From the NCBI RefSeq assembly GCF_009914755.1, contig NC_060930.1: a stretch of 64,000 bases of DNA; one strand, 5' to 3'. Origin of the DNA: the human T2T-CHM13v2.0 reference genome, Homo sapiens. A program made the translations under genes and the position numbers. A model generated the notes under the pieces. That model was given only the letters and a program-made list of their open reading frames with translations, ran no database searches and was not told the DNA's origin. Positions 13,501 to 28,685 of the stretch are shown piece after piece (the first letter of the stretch is position 1; every line of letters begins with the position of its first letter).

Positions 13501-15467
13501 CAAACTAGAAGCTCTAGGGGAAACGGACAACTCCTAGAAACACACAACCTCCCAAGATTGAACCAGGAAGATATAGAAAGCCTGAACAGACTAATAACAA
13601 GTAATGAAATGGAATTAGTAATTAAAAAAACCTACCAACCAGAAAAGCCATTGACCAGATGATCATAGCCAAATTTTATTAGACATTAAAAAAAATAGAA
13701 AATCCAGCAGTGCAAAAAAATATAATTCATCAAAATCAAATGGGCTTTATTCCAGGGATGCAAAGATTGTTCAACATATGCAAATCAATAAATGTGACTC
13801 ACCACATAAATATAATTAAAAACAAAACTCATATGATTATCTCAATACATGAGGAAAAAGCATTCAGTAAAACTCAAAATTCCTTCGTGATAAAAATCCT
13901 CAACAAACTGGGCATCAAAGGAACATAACCCAAAGTAATAAGAGCCATTTATGACAAAGCTATGGAAAACATTATACAGAACAAGCAAAAGTTGGGAACA
14001 TTCCTTTTAAGAACTGGAACAATACAAGAATGTCCACTCTCACCACTCACATACAATGTAGTGCTGGAAGTCCTAGCCAGAGCAATCAGGCAAGAGAAAG
14101 AAACAAAAGGCATGCAAAGAGGAAAAGAAGAAGTCAAATGATCTCTCTTCTCTGATATTATTATATGCCTAGAAAATCCTGAAGATTCTGCCAGAAGCCT
14201 CCTAGACCTGGATAAATGACTTCAGCAATGTCTCAGTATGCAAAATCAACATACACAAAGAAATAGCATTTCTATACACCAATAACATTAACACTGAAAG
14301 CAAATCAAGAACACAACCCCATTAACAAGAGCCACAAAAGAAACTAAATAAATAAAATACCTAGGAATATGTCTAATCAAGGAGGTGAAAGATCTCTACA
14401 AAAAGAACTACAAAACACTGATGAAAGAAATTATAGACAATAAAAAAAAATGGAAAAACATTCCATACTCATGGATTGGAAGAATCAATATTGTTAAAAT
14501 GGCTACACTGCCCAAAGCAATTTACAGATTCAGCACTATTCCCATCAAATTATTTATGTTATTTTTCACAGAATTAGAAAAAAAAATTCTAAAATTCTCA
14601 TGGAACCAAAAAAGAGCCCAAATAGTCAAAGCAACCCTAAGCAAAAAGAACAAAGCTAGAGGCATAGCTAACTTCAAGCTGTACTACAAAGCTACAGTAA
14701 CCAAAATAGTGTGTTACTGGTACAAAAATAGGCACATAGATCAATGGAACAGAAAGAGAACGCTGAAATGAAGCCACACACCTACAACCAACTGATCTTT
14801 GAGAATGGCAACAAAATAATAAATGGTGCTAGGAAAACAATGCTGAAGAATAAAGCTGGACCCCATATACAAAAATTATCTTAAAATGGATGAAATGCTT
14901 AAATGTAAGCCCTCCAACTTTAAAAATCCCAGAAGAAAACCAAGAAAATACACTTGTGGGCATTGACCTAGGCAAAGAATTTATGACTAAGTTCTCAAAA
15001 GCAAATGCAACAAAAACAAAAATTGACAAATTGGAACCTAATTAAACTAAAGAGCTTTTCCACAGCAAAGGAAACTATCAACAGAGTAAACAGAAAACCT
15101 AGAGAAGGGGAGAAAATATTTGCAAGCTAGGCGTCCAACAAAAGAATAATATACAGAATCTCTAGGAACTTAAAAAAATTTTAAAAATGACTCCATTAAA
15201 ATGTAGATGAAGAACATGAACGGACACTTTATAAAAGAAGACATATAAGTGACAAATAAACATATGAAAAAAACTAATCATCAGAGAGATGTAAATCAAA
15301 ATCACAATAATATACCATCTCTCAACAGTCAGAATGACTATTATTAAAAGTCAAATAAGCAACGAACGTTGGCAAGGTTGTGGAGAAAAAAGAATGCTTC
15401 AGACTATTGGTAGGAATGTAAATTAGTTCGGCCACATTGGAAAGCAGTTTGAAAATTTCTCAAAGAA

Positions 15468-15469
<2 letters not shown>

Positions 15470-15510
<41 letters not shown>
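15470..15510 (+). repeat. Pure poly(A)41 inside L1 ORF2
   Basis: 41 uninterrupted A. Confidence 0.95.
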
Positions 15511-15512
<2 letters not shown>

Positions 15513-15804
15513 ACTTGACCCAGAAATTCCATTACTGGCTATATACCCAAAGGAAAATAAGTAATTCCACCATTCGCAATAGCAAAGGCATGAAATCAAC
15601 CCACATGCTCATCAATAATGAGTTGGATTTAAAAAAGTGGCACATATGCACCATAGAATACTATGCCAGCCATAAAAAAGAAAAGAAAATCATGTCCTTT
15701 GTGGCATCATGGATTCAGCTGGAGGCCATTACCCTACAGAAAACCAAATACTGCACATTCTCACTTATAAGTGGGAGCTAAACATTGGTCAATCATGGGC
15801 ATAA

Positions 15805-16180
<376 letters not shown>

Positions 16181-16789
16181 AATATTTGTTATTTGTTAGC
16201 ATGATCAATAGAAGCCCAAACCTCAGCATCATGCAACATACCCATGCAATAAATCTGCAAATGTACCACATGAATCTAAATTACAAAAATAATTAAAAAA
16301 TTAACAATTGCTAAGCAAGGTAGTTAAACTATTTTTATCCCATACCAAAGAAATAATTACATTGTTAGACATAACCTTGAGCAAAAAGACAAGTGTTAAA
16401 CTGCCCTGGTTTTCTAGCAAAATGGAGGGTAAATAAAATCCCAAGACAGGGTTAAAGCTCATTAGGGAAAAACCTTCACTTTTATTAACTCTAGTATTTG
16501 TCATTTTCCTAGTAATGAAATATTTTGTTTATCTTCCACATTCAAAACTCACAAATTATAATGTGTCTTACTCTCCAACTTTTTGGGTTTCCATTCCCTT
16601 TTCTTCATTCCAATTTATGTACTAAATTATCTTCACTGTCTCAGTTCTCTACATAATCGTTTGCATTACTAAGAAATCTAAAGTGATGCCAGTGCTGGAA
16701 TATTTCATTCTAAGCACAAAATATTCAATGATTAGTTGAGATATACAATTATAGGTCAAAATCCCTTACAATATTTATATACTATTACT

Positions 16790-17075
16790 TCAACCCAGCA
16801 AATATTTATTGATCATTTTAATAACTGTCTCACACTGTGCCAGTCCAAGGTAATACAATAGAGAGCAAAAATAGACATTATTTCACTTGCAGCCTAATTA
16901 GGAAACAGACATTAAATACTTGCAACATAAAATTCAACTAGAGAAAGAGCTATGTGAATTTACAGTAGGAAAATTGGACTTAGGAAGGTTTTCCTAAGGA
17001 AGTTATGCTTGAATTTAGAGCCCAAAGATGATTATGGGTTACACAGGGCCAGAAGAAAAGAAAAGAATTTTCTAG
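16790..17075 (-). mobile_element. L2 3' fragment
   Basis: CAGCAAATATTTATTGA...ACTGTGC...GGTAATACAATAG...AAATAGACA is the L2 tail in reverse. Confidence 0.55.
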
Positions 17076-17292
17076 TATGAGGCTCCATCACACTGCACAC
17101 TAAATAAAGTCTCCCACCAACCCACCTAGAGCTCTGGAGCAAAGATTATTTATTAAAGAAGTCCTGTATTGATAGAAATGGTAAGACTCCTATACCACCT
17201 CCTTATTCAGTATTAGCCAAAGGCTGCTCCCAAGAAGGGTGGCCCATGGCCCCAAAACTGAAGTAGATTCTAAAAATGTAAACATCTAGAGG

Positions 17293-20200
17293 AATGACAT
17301 CAGCAAAATTGAAAAATATTAGTTGTCTACCATCATCTGTCCACAGTGCACCAATTTTGAAAATTACTCATAGACAAGGGAAAAAAAAACCTGCCTGCCA
17401 CCCAAGAATGCTATCCCTAGCAAGAATATCCTTCAAAAATAAAGGAGAGAGAATGAATTTCCTAAACAAACAAGGTGAGGAAGATCATCACCATTACACC
17501 TGCCTTACAGAAAATGCTAGAAGTTCTTCAAGTTGTAGTGAAAGGGCACTAAATAACAACATGAAAACATATAAAAGTATACAACTTACTGTAAAGGTAA
17601 AAACTTAGTCAAATTCAGAATATTTAATCCTATAACGGTTGTACATAAATCACTTTTTAACCTAGTATAAAGGTTAAAAACATGAACTATTAAAAATAAC
17701 TATAGCAATAGTATTTTGTTAATGTATACCCAATATAAAAAGAAGGAAATTCTGACATCAAAAACACAAAATGGACAGGAATAGAAATGCAGAGTTTTTT
17801 TTATGAGATTGAAGTTAATTTATCAGTTCAAAGTAGACTGTTACAACTATATGAAGTTTTCTGAAAATCACATGTTAAAAACAAAGCAAAAAGTAGATAC
17901 AAAAATAATATTGAGAAAGAAATCAAAGCATACGACTACAAACAATTATCAAAGTACAAAGGAAGACAGAAGTTGAGGAGGAAAGGAACACAGAAACTAT
18001 GAAGCAGTTGGAAAACAATAAACAAAATGACAATGCTGTCATTACCTATTAATCATTACTTTAAATGTAAATGGACTAAATTCTTCAATCAAAAAACATA
18101 GAGTAGCAAAAAAGATTAAAAAACAAGACCCAACTATATGTTGCTTATAAATGACTCATTTAGCTTTAAGGACTCACATTAGCTGAAAGTAAAGGTAAGG
18201 TAAAAGATATTAGATGCAAATGAAAACCAGGGGTAGCTATACTTATAACAAACAAAATAGATGTTAAGTCAAAAACTGTAGCAAGAGCCGAAAAAGATTA
18301 TTATGTAATGTTTGAGTGGTCAATTTACCAAGATAATAAAACAATTGTAAATATATATATTTACATATATATGCATCCATAAATGCATCCACATATATAT
18401 ACACCTAGACATCATATATACCTATGTGTGTATACACACATATATATGTATATATTATACATATAGGTATATATTGTATAGACTATATATACACACACCC
18501 ATATATACATACATGGAGATATATATACACACCCACACATCATATACATATATGATGGATGCATATATATGCATATATGTGTGGGCATATATATATGATG
18601 CATGTGTGTATATGCGCTCATCACTGAAGCACCTAAATATAAATAACAAATATTAATATATGTGAAGAAAAAGATGGAACAGCAACACAATATTAGTAGG
18701 GAATTTCAGTACCCTACATTAAACAATGGAAAGATCTTTGAGACAGAAAATCAATAAAGGAACAGCACACTTGAATGATTCTATACACCAATGAATCTAA
18801 CAGACATACACAGAACATTTCATCCAGTAGCAGAAGCATACACATTCTTATCAACCACACACAGAACGTTCTGCTGTATACATCATATGTTAGGCCACAA
18901 AACAAGTCTTAACATATTTAAGAAAATAGAAATTACATCAAATATCTTTTCTGACCACAGTGGTATGAAACGGGACATTTTTAAAAGTAGGAAACTGGAA
19001 AAATTACATATGCATAAAAATTAAACTCCTGAAAAACCATTGTGTCAAAGAAGAGGTCAAAAAATACTTAGAGACACATGAATATAGAAACATGAGATAC
19101 CAAAACTGATGGAATGCAGCAAAAGCAGTTATAAGAGGAAAATTTATAGTAATAAACACCTAAGTTAAAAAAATTAAACAATCTAGAAAAACAATGAAAA
19201 AGATCAACAGAAATAAGTTATTTTGTAATAAAGATAAACAAAATTGGCAAGCTTTTCGCTAAACCAATAAAAAAGAAGATCAAGTAAATATAACCGGAAA
19301 TGAAAGAGAAGACATCACAACTGATACTGCAGAAATAAAAGGATTGTAGAGGACTACTATAGACAATTATATGAAAGCAAATTAGATAACTTAGAAGAAA
19401 TAAATAAATTCCTAGACAGGTACAACCTAACAAGAGTGAATCATAAAAAAAAAGAAAATCTAAACAAACCAGTAATAAGTAAAAATATTGACTCAGTAAT
19501 CAAATATCTCCAAACAAAAGAAAAGCCCAGGAAGAGTAGCTTTACAGCTGAATTCTACCAAACATTTAAAGAAAAACTAACACTAATATTTCTCAAATGT
19601 TTCCAAAAAATTGAAGAGGAGAGGACACTTTCCAACTCATTTATGAGGCTAGCATTACCCAAATACCAGAGCCAGTTGAGGATATTACAAGAAAATAAAA
19701 TTACAGGTCAATAATTATGTTAAATATGTATACAAAAATGCTTAGCAAAATACCATCAAACCAAATTCAACAACACATTGAAAGGATCATACACTGTGAT
19801 CAAGTGGGATTTATTCCTGAGATACAAAGATGATTCAACATACAAAATCAATCAATGTGATATACCACATGAAGAGAATAAAGGACAAATCCATACAATA
19901 ATCTCAATAGGTGCAAAAAAAAAGCATTTGACAAAATTTAACATTCTTTTATGTTTAAAAATAACGTTCAACAAATTAGGTAGAGAAGGAAAGCACCTCA
20001 ACAAAATAAAGGCCATACAAGACCACAGATAACATCATATTCAACAATGAAAAGCTGAAAGCTTTCCTCTAAGGTCAAGAAGACGAAATGTCTGCTTTCA
20101 CCATTTCTATTCAACATAGTATTAGCAGTTCTAGCAAAATAAATTAGGCAAGAAAAAGAAATAAAAGGCATTGAGATTGGAAAGAAAGAAGTTAAAGTGT

Positions 20201-22328
20201 CTTTCTTCGCTTGCAATATCATCATATATGTAGAAAATTTTAAAGAGTTCACCATGAAACGGTTAGATCTAATAAATGAATTCAGGAAAGTTATAGGATA
20301 CAAAATCAAAATTAACATATAAAAATTAGTTTTACTTCTATACATTAACTGAATTATCTAAAAAAGAAATTAAGACAACAACCCCATTACAATAGCATCA
20401 GAAAGAATAAAATAATTAGAAATAAATTTAACCAAGTAGGTGAAAGAGTTGTACCCTTAAAAGAATGACGTATTGATAAAAATTGAAGACAGAAATAAAT
20501 AGAAAGATAGCCCATATTCATAAATTAGAAGAATTAATATTAATAAAACATCCATACTACCCAAAGCAACCCACAGATGCATTGCAATCTCTATCAAAAT
20601 TCCAATGGCATTTTTCACAGAAAAAATAAAATAAAACATTTTAAAATTCACACAGAATTACAAATGACCCTGAATAGCCAAAGTAATCTTCTTCCTGATT
20701 TCAAAATATATTATAAAATTTCAGAAATTAAAAGAGTATGGTATTGGGAAAAAAAAAACAGATATATAGACCAATGAAACAGAATAGATAACCTAAAAAT
20801 AAACCCACTGATCTACAAAAAGTGTGCCAAGAATCCCCAGTGAGGAAAAGCTAATTTCTTCAACAAATGGTAAATGGTGCTAGGTAATTGAATATCCATA
20901 AGCAAAAGAATAAATTGGACCCTTATCTTAAACCTTAAACAAAAATCAACTCAAAATGGCTTAAATACTTAAATGAAAGACACGAAACTTTGAAACTCTA
21001 AGAAGACATGGTGGAAAATCTAAATATCAGCCTTGGCAATGAGTTTTTGGATGTAACACCAAATGTGAAGGCAACAAAAGCAAAAATAACCAAGTGAAAT
21101 TACATCAAACTAAAAAGTTTCTGCACAGCCAAAAAAGGAAACAGTAAACAAAATAAAGAGACCACCTTCAGAATGGGAGGAAATATTTGTAAACCATATA
21201 TCTGATAAAGGATTAATATCCAAAATATATAAGGGACTTACACATCTCAAATACACAAAATCCAAAGAACCCAATTAGAAAATGGGCAGAGGACCTGAAT
21301 TAGACTTTTTTTAAAGGAATACACACAAATGGCCAACAGGCATACGAAAGGGTGCACTAAGGCTCATTAATCATTAGGGAAATGCAAATCAGAACAACAA
21401 TAAGATATCATGCCTCCTAGGAAGGATATTAGCAAAAAGTCAAAAGATAACAAGTATTTGCAAGGATGTGTAGAAAAAGGAACTCATACATGTAGGTGAA
21501 AATGTCAAGTGGTACAGCCATCATGGAAATCAGTACAGAGATTCCTCATAAATTAAAAATAGAATTACCATATGATCGAGAAATCTTATTTGGGTATATG
21601 TATCCAAAGTAAGGAAAATCACCATCTCAAAGAGATATCTGCACTCCCATGTTCATTGCAGCATTATTCACAATAACCAAGATATGTAAATAACCTATGT
21701 CCATTGATGAATGACTGGATAAAGAAAATGTGGTGTGTGTGTGTATATATATTTACTTTATAAAAAAGTAAAACAAATATATATATATATGAAAGACTAC
21801 ATATATATATATATGAATATTGTTGTACCTCAAAAAAAGGAGATCCTGCCATTTGCAACAACATGGATGAACCTGGAGGACATTATGCTAAGTGAAATAA
21901 ATCAGACACAGAAGAATAAATACTGCATGATATCTACTTACATGTGGAATCTAAAAAAGTCTAACTCACTGAAACAGACAGTAAAATGATGGTTTCCAGA
22001 GGCTGGGAATTGAGGGAAATAAGGAGATGTTGGTCAAAGTGTACAAACATTCAGGTGTAAGATGAATAAGATCTGGAGATCTAATATACAGCATAGTGAC
22101 TATAGTTATTAATAATTTATTATATACTTAAAATTTGCTAAAGTAGATATAAAGTGTTCTCACTACTCACCAAAAAATGTAATGTGAGGTAACAGATGTA
22201 TTAATTAGCTTGACTGTGGTAAACATTTCATAGTATATATGTTTATCAAATAATCACATTGGACATATTAAATATACACAATTTTTACTTGTCAATCATG
22301 TATCAATAAATCCAGAAAAAAAATTTTT
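17293..22328 (+). mobile_element. L1MA9-like LINE-1, both termini present, most of 5'UTR/ORF1 deleted
   Basis: Starts ATGACATCAGCAAAAT (old L1M 5' end), ORF1 C-terminal part from ~17380, decayed ORF2, L1MA9-type 3'UTR 21840-22320; TSD AAATGTAAACATCTAGAGG (17274-17292) / AAATGTTAACAGCTGGAGG (22329-22347), 16/19 identical. Confidence 0.88.
18350..18615. repeat. Degenerate (TA)/(CATATA)n low-complexity expansion in L1 ORF2
   Basis: Visible directly; it generates the spurious Y/I/M-rich ORFs. Confidence 0.9.
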
Positions 22329-23299
22329 AAATGTTAACAGCTGGAGGCTATTAACCACACTCCTCATAGCTGGGCAAGGAGTCTGTTTCTAGAGGGATCT
22401 GGGCAGTATTTTTCCATGTCGACCCCAATCCCCAATAATATAAAACATAGAGAGTAGTAACAACATCTTAATAACATAATAGATGTCTGTATAAATAAAA
22501 TCAAAGGTGTAAATCATTTTTAAATATCATATTTACTAGTAAGTAGAAAGGACTCAAGTCTCAGCTCGGGTCTACATGATGCCAAGGTCCATGCCCTTTC
22601 CACTGTTCAAATTCAACGCATGATGTCTCAGCACCTGTTTGCTTTCAGACTCAGTTCTAGACATGGAGGATATCACAGTGAACAAAATAAAAAAAGAGCC
22701 TGAAGCTAAATATCTAGTAGTTCAAGATAATGAAATAACTTACAGACATGTGTATAGAACCACCATTAGCAATAATCTAGAATCCATGAGGAATAACAGT
22801 GTAAGTTGCAGGTGTTATTTAACACCTGATATTTATCCCAATTTTCATAGATTAAAACATAAATGAAGTTAAATAAATAAGCTTGACATCTACTCATGAA
22901 ACTATTTTAGAATGCATTTTAAAATGCATTCTAAATGGTAAAGAGCATAAGATAATAATTATTAAGTGAAAATAGTATTTTATTAAGGACAAATCATTTT
23001 TATTTACCCTATCAATTTCTTTTTTGGAACAGTAAAATATATGGGGAAAGTGTCTGCATTTCAGAAAAATATTAGAAAAGGATGTTTGTAATCTCTTGAA
23101 GAAGAGTAAATAAATGCTGAAAAATATTACACTCAACTAGGTTTACAACTGGTGATAACGCTGCTCTTCATATATATTTATTAATAGAAACTTGATCTAC
23201 TTGTCAGAAGCTTTTCTGCTACAGGCTGAAAACATTTGTTACCAATCTTGCTCAATATCTTCATTCAAATAGTAATGATAAGTATAAGTTATGCTTACT

Positions 23300-23615
23300 A
23301 CACAGGCAAGTGACACAGAGATGAGAGGAATGATTAGCCGAATCATCACAGAACAAAATAAAGCTTCAAAGTAAGCTCAGTGGACTGGAATAATAAGTCC
23401 CAAAGCATAGAATGAAGTAGGTTCTCCCATGGCAACCAATTTTCATTATGATGAATGGATAATATATGGATTGGCAAAATTCATGTGGGAAAAAAATTTG
23501 CCCTAGAAGTTTTAGTTAACCACAAGTATAAGCTAAGGCAACTTCGATATGAGCACTAAAGCACTGAATCTAAAGCTGCACTCTTAACAGTGTGATTGTG
23601 CCTTGGTGGTTGCAT
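23300..23615 (+). mobile_element. L3/CR1 relic
   Basis: GTTTTAGTTAACCACAAG...TGAATCTAAAGCTGCAC resembles CR1 ORF2. Confidence 0.4.
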
Positions 23616-23619
23616 TTGG

Positions 23620-23840
23620 AAGAGATGATTCCCGTGTTCTTGAAAAGGACATTTCTGAGCTATAAAGCTCACAAAAACCCTCTTAAAGAAGGATTTACAT
23701 ATATCTCAGAGGGGCAAAGAAAGAATTTACAATTATAAATTTATAAAAGTAAATGTTTTAAAAAAGGAAAGAGAAACATCTTTCATCATTTTGAACAGGA
23801 AGAATTAAGCCCTTTTCATAAGTTTTTATTTGTCCTTACA
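23620..23840 (-). mobile_element. ERV1 LTR 5' fragment (related to the 8.9-9.5 kb LTR family)
   Basis: Minus strand starts TGTAAGGACAAATAAAAAC and contains CATTTACTTTTATAAATTTATAATTGTAAATTCTTTCTTTGCCCCTCTGAGAT. Confidence 0.5.
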
Positions 23841-24336
23841 GTTGATTACAAATGTATATAATACACTTTAATGTAATTTCCTCATTTTTTATATTTTCCT
23901 CCTTTCTTTTTAATTTCAATAGAAAAAAAATGATTCACCATTTACCCCCTTCTTACATTTCTTCACATTTTTTTCACATTTTTTCAAACCAAGGGTAGTT
24001 TTTCTTTGCGGGGTGGACGTAATACCCTGCTTTGAGGGAATAAGAAAGGACATCATCTCTTACTTTGCTAAAGAGTTCCTCTGGGCCCTAAGGTTTTTCC
24101 TCCACAGGGTTGTTCCTCCTTGCTGGGTGGCTACATGCAGTATAAAGGTATGGGTTATTAGGACTCTTTGACAGTATAGGATGCCAATGATAAACTGTTA
24201 CAGAACAGGCTATACTATGAACATGTTTGCTTGATGTCATTGTTTTCTTCCTTAAGAGATTCAATGGACAGAAGCAGTAGTAGAGTGATAGTGAGTGACG
24301 AAAAAACCATGACTACGGGTTCAAGAAGCTTTCATA

Positions 24337-24638
<302 letters not shown>

Positions 24639-26039
24639 AAGAATCTTTCTTAGATCTGAAATAAAATTGCTGAAAGCTTTACGGGTTGTGTTTCTTTGTT
24701 TAAAAAAAAAAACGTATTTTGACAGAATATTTACTCTAACTTTGTTCTGAGCTTGCCCAGTAGACACCAATAAACTGACTATTTTTCTTATTAAGGAAAA
24801 ATCTGCAGAGATTAAGGAACGCAGGGAATAACAGAGATAGGTTTAACACTGAAAAAAAAAGATGTACTGACATCAACATTTTTACATTTTAACAAAAATT
24901 TCTTTCTTAAAAATTTTTGTGGGTACATAGTAGGTTTATATATTTATGAGGTTCATGAGATGTTTTGATACAGGCATGCAATGCATAATAATCACATCAT
25001 GGAGAATGGGGTGTCCACCCCCTCAAGCATTTATCCTTTATATGACAAACAATCCAATTACACTCTTTTAGATATTTTTAAATGTACAATTAAGTTATTA
25101 TTGGCTATAATCACTCTGTTGTGCTATTAAATAACAAGTCTTATTCGTTCTAACTATATTTTTGTCTCATTAATCATCCCCAACTCCTCCCCACAGCCCC
25201 CTTGCTAGCCTCTGGTAACCATTCTTCTACTCTCTGTGTCTATGAGTTAAATTGTTTTGATTTTTTCAGTCCCACAAATAAGTGAGAATATGCAATGCTT
25301 GTCTTTCTGTGCCTGGATTATTTCACTTAACATAGTGATCTCCAGTTCCATTTATCTCATGCCAATGGCAGAATTTCTTTCTTTTTATGGCTGAATAGTA
25401 CTCCTTTGAGTATATGTTCCACATTTTCCCTATCCATGTATCTGTTGATGGACACAGGCTGCTTCCAGTTTTTAGCTATCATGAACAGTGCTGCAACAAA
25501 CATGGAAGAGCAGATATCTCTTTGATAGGTTAATTTTCTTTTTGGGGGGTATGTACCCAGCAGTGGAATTGGTGGATTATATGGTAGCTCTATTTTTAGT
25601 TTTTTGAGGAACTTCCAAACTGCTCTCCATAGTGATTGCACAAATTTATATTCCCACCAACAGTCAGTATACAAGGGTTCCTCTTTCTCCACATCCTTGC
25701 CAGCATTTGTTATTGCCTGTCTAACGGATATAAACCATCTTAACTGAGATAACATGATATGTCATTGTAGTTTTAATTTGCATTGCTCTGATGATCAATA
25801 ATGTTGAGCACATTTTCAGATGCCTATTTGCTATTTGTATGTCTTCTTTTAAGAAATGCTTATTCAAATCTTTTGCCTATTTTTTATTGGATTATTAGAT
25901 TTTTTTCCTATAGAGTTATTTGAGTTCCTTATTTATTCTGGTTATTAATCCCTTGTCAGATGGGTGGTTTTCAAACATTTTCTCCCATTCTGTGGATTGT
26001 CTTCACTTTGTTGATTGTTTCCTTCAGCTGTGCAGAAGC

Positions 26040-26319
26040 CTTTTGTTTGTCTGTTTGTTTGTTTTTGAGACGGAGTCTCATTCTGTCACCCAGGCTTGCA
26101 ACCTCCACCTCCCTGGCTCAAGTGATTTTCCCACCTCAGCCTTCCAAGTAGCTGGGATTACAGACACCTGCCATCATGCCTGGCTAATTTTTGTATATTT
26201 GTAGAGACGAGTCTTCACCATGTTAGCCAGGCTGGTCTTGAACTCCTGAACTCAGGTGATCTGCCCACTTTGGCCTCCCTCGGTGCTGGGATTACAGGTG
26301 TGAGCCACCACATCCTGCC
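26040..26319 (-). mobile_element. AluSx-like with ~30-bp right-arm deletion
   Basis: CTCAGGTGATCTG; CCAGGCT joined directly to TGCAACCTCC; TSD TGTGCAGAAGC at 26029-26039 and 26320-26330. Confidence 0.88.
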
Positions 26320-26481
26320 TGTGCAGAAGCTTTTTAACTTGATGTGATCCCATCTGTCCATTTTTACTTTGGTTACCTGTGCTTTTGGGGTATTGCTCAA
26401 GAAATTTTTGCTCAGGCCAATGTCTTAGGAAGTTTCCCCAATGTTTTCTTCTAGAAGCTTCATAGATTGATGTCTTAAAGA

Positions 26482-26793
<312 letters not shown>

Positions 26794-27233
26794 GATGTCT
26801 TAAAGTTTTTAATCCATTTTGATTTGATTTTTATACATGACGAGAGATAAGGGTCTAGTTTCATTCTTCTTCATATGGATATCCAGTTTTCCCTGCACAA
26901 TTTATTGAAGAGACTGTCTTTTCCTCAGTGTATGTTCTTGTCGCCTTTGTCAAAAATGAATTCACTATAGGTGTGTGGATTTGTTTCTGGGTTCTCTGTT
27001 CTGTTCCATTGAGCTATATGTTTTCATGCCAGTACCATGCTGTTTTGGTTACTGTGGCTCTGTATTATAATTTGAAGTCAGGTAATGGGATACCTCCAGT
27101 TTTGATGTTTTTGTTTATGATAGCTTTAGCTATTCTGGGTCTTTTGTGGTTCCATATAAATTTTAGGATTCTTTTTTCTATTTCTATGAAAAATGTCATT
27201 GGTATTTTGACAGTGTGTGGGCTTATTTCAACA

Positions 27234-28685
27234 TTTTTTTTAAGTTCCCAGATGAATGTGCAGGTTTGTTACACAGGTATACATGTGCCATGGTTTGCTG
27301 CACCTATCAATCTGTCATCTAGGTTTTAAGCCCCACATACATTAGATATTTGTCCTAATGTTCTCACTTCCATTGCCCCCTCAACCCCCAACAGGCCCAG
27401 TATGTGATGTTCCCCTCCCTGTGTCTATGTGTTCTCATTGTTCAGCTCCCACTTATGAGTGAGAACATGTGGTGTTTGGTTTTCTGTTCCTGTGTTAGTT
27501 TGCTGAAAATGATGGCTTCCCACTTCATCCATGTCCTTGCAAAGGATATGAACTCATCCTTTTTCATGGCTGCATGTATTCCATGGTGTATATGTGTCAC
27601 ATTTTCTTTATCCAGTCTATCATTGATGGGCATTTGGGTTGGTTCCAAGTCTTTGCTATTATAAATAGTGCTGAAATAAACATACATGTGCATGTGTCTT
27701 TACAGTAGAATAATCCTTTGGGTATACACCCAGTAATGGGATTGCTGGGTCAAATGGTATTTCTGGTTCTAGATCCTTGAGGAATCACCACACTGTCTTC
27801 CACATGGTTGAACTAATTTACACTTCCACCAACAGTGTAAAATCATTCCTATTTCTCCACGGCCTCAGAAGCATCTATTGTTTCCTGACTTTTTAATGAT
27901 CGACATTCTAACTGAAGTGAGATGTTATCTCATTGTGGTTTTGATTTGCATTTCTCTAATGATTAGTGATGATGAGCTTTTTTCCATGTTTCTTGGCCAC
28001 ATAAATGTCCGTATAGCCAAGACAATCCTAAACAAAAAGAACAAAGCTAGCAGCTTCATGCTACCTGCCTTTAAACTATACTACAAGTCTACAGTAACCA
28101 AAACAACATGGTATTAGCACCAAAACAGGTATATAGACCAATGCAACAGAACAGAGACCTCAGAAATATCACCACACATCTACAACCATCTGATCTTTGA
28201 CATATATGACAAAAACAAGCAATGGGGAAAGGAATTCCTATTTAATAAATAGTGCTGGGAAACTGGCTAGCCACATGCAGAAAACTGAAACTGGACCTCT
28301 TCCTTACACCTTATACAAAAATTAACTCAAAATGGATTAAAAACTTAAATGTAAAACCCAAAACCATAAAAACCCTAGAAGAAACCCTAGGCAATACCAT
28401 TCAGGGCATAGGCATGGACAAAGACTTCATGACTAAAACACCAAAAGCGATTGCAACAAAAGCCAAAATTGACAAGTAGGATCTAATTAAACTAAAGATC
28501 TTCTGCACAGCAAAAGAAACTATCATCACAGTGAGCCAGCAACCTACAGAATGAGAGAAAATTTTTGCAATCTACCCATCTGACAAAGCTCTAATATGCA
28601 GAATCTACAAGGAACTTAAACAAATTTACAAGAAAAAACAACCCCATCAAAAAGTAGGCAAAAGATATGAACAGACAATTCTCAA
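27234..28685 (-). mobile_element. L1PA8-like, 5'-truncated with 5' inversion (minus 27234-28009, plus 28010-28685)
   Basis: Orientation flips at GGCCACATAAATGTC|CGTATAGCCAAGAC; the plus piece ends TGAACAGACAATTCTCAA, adjacent in L1 to the start of the minus piece; degenerate TSD TATTTC(A/C)A..TTTTT. Confidence 0.88.

Larger units (their letters stand above)
17095..22425 (-). mobile_element. LTR16-like (ERVL) LTR split by L1MA9 (pieces 17095-17292 and 22329-22425)
   Basis: CCAACCCACCTAGAGCTCTGGAGC...GGCTGCTCCCAAGAAGGG left and ACTCCTCATAGCTGGG...GAGGGATCTGGGCAG right resemble consecutive parts of an LTR16-type consensus. Confidence 0.55.

Noticed and set aside
15437-15781. Poly-lysine ORF
   Set aside because: Translation of the A41 tract.
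12250-15800. L1 ORF2-like peptides suggesting an active reverse transcriptase
   Set aside because: Broken by many stops, frameshifts and deletions; the same holds for every L1 in the window.
18412-18690. Overlapping Tyr/Ile/Met-rich ORFs on both strands
   Set aside because: Artefact of the (TA)/(CA) low-complexity sequence.
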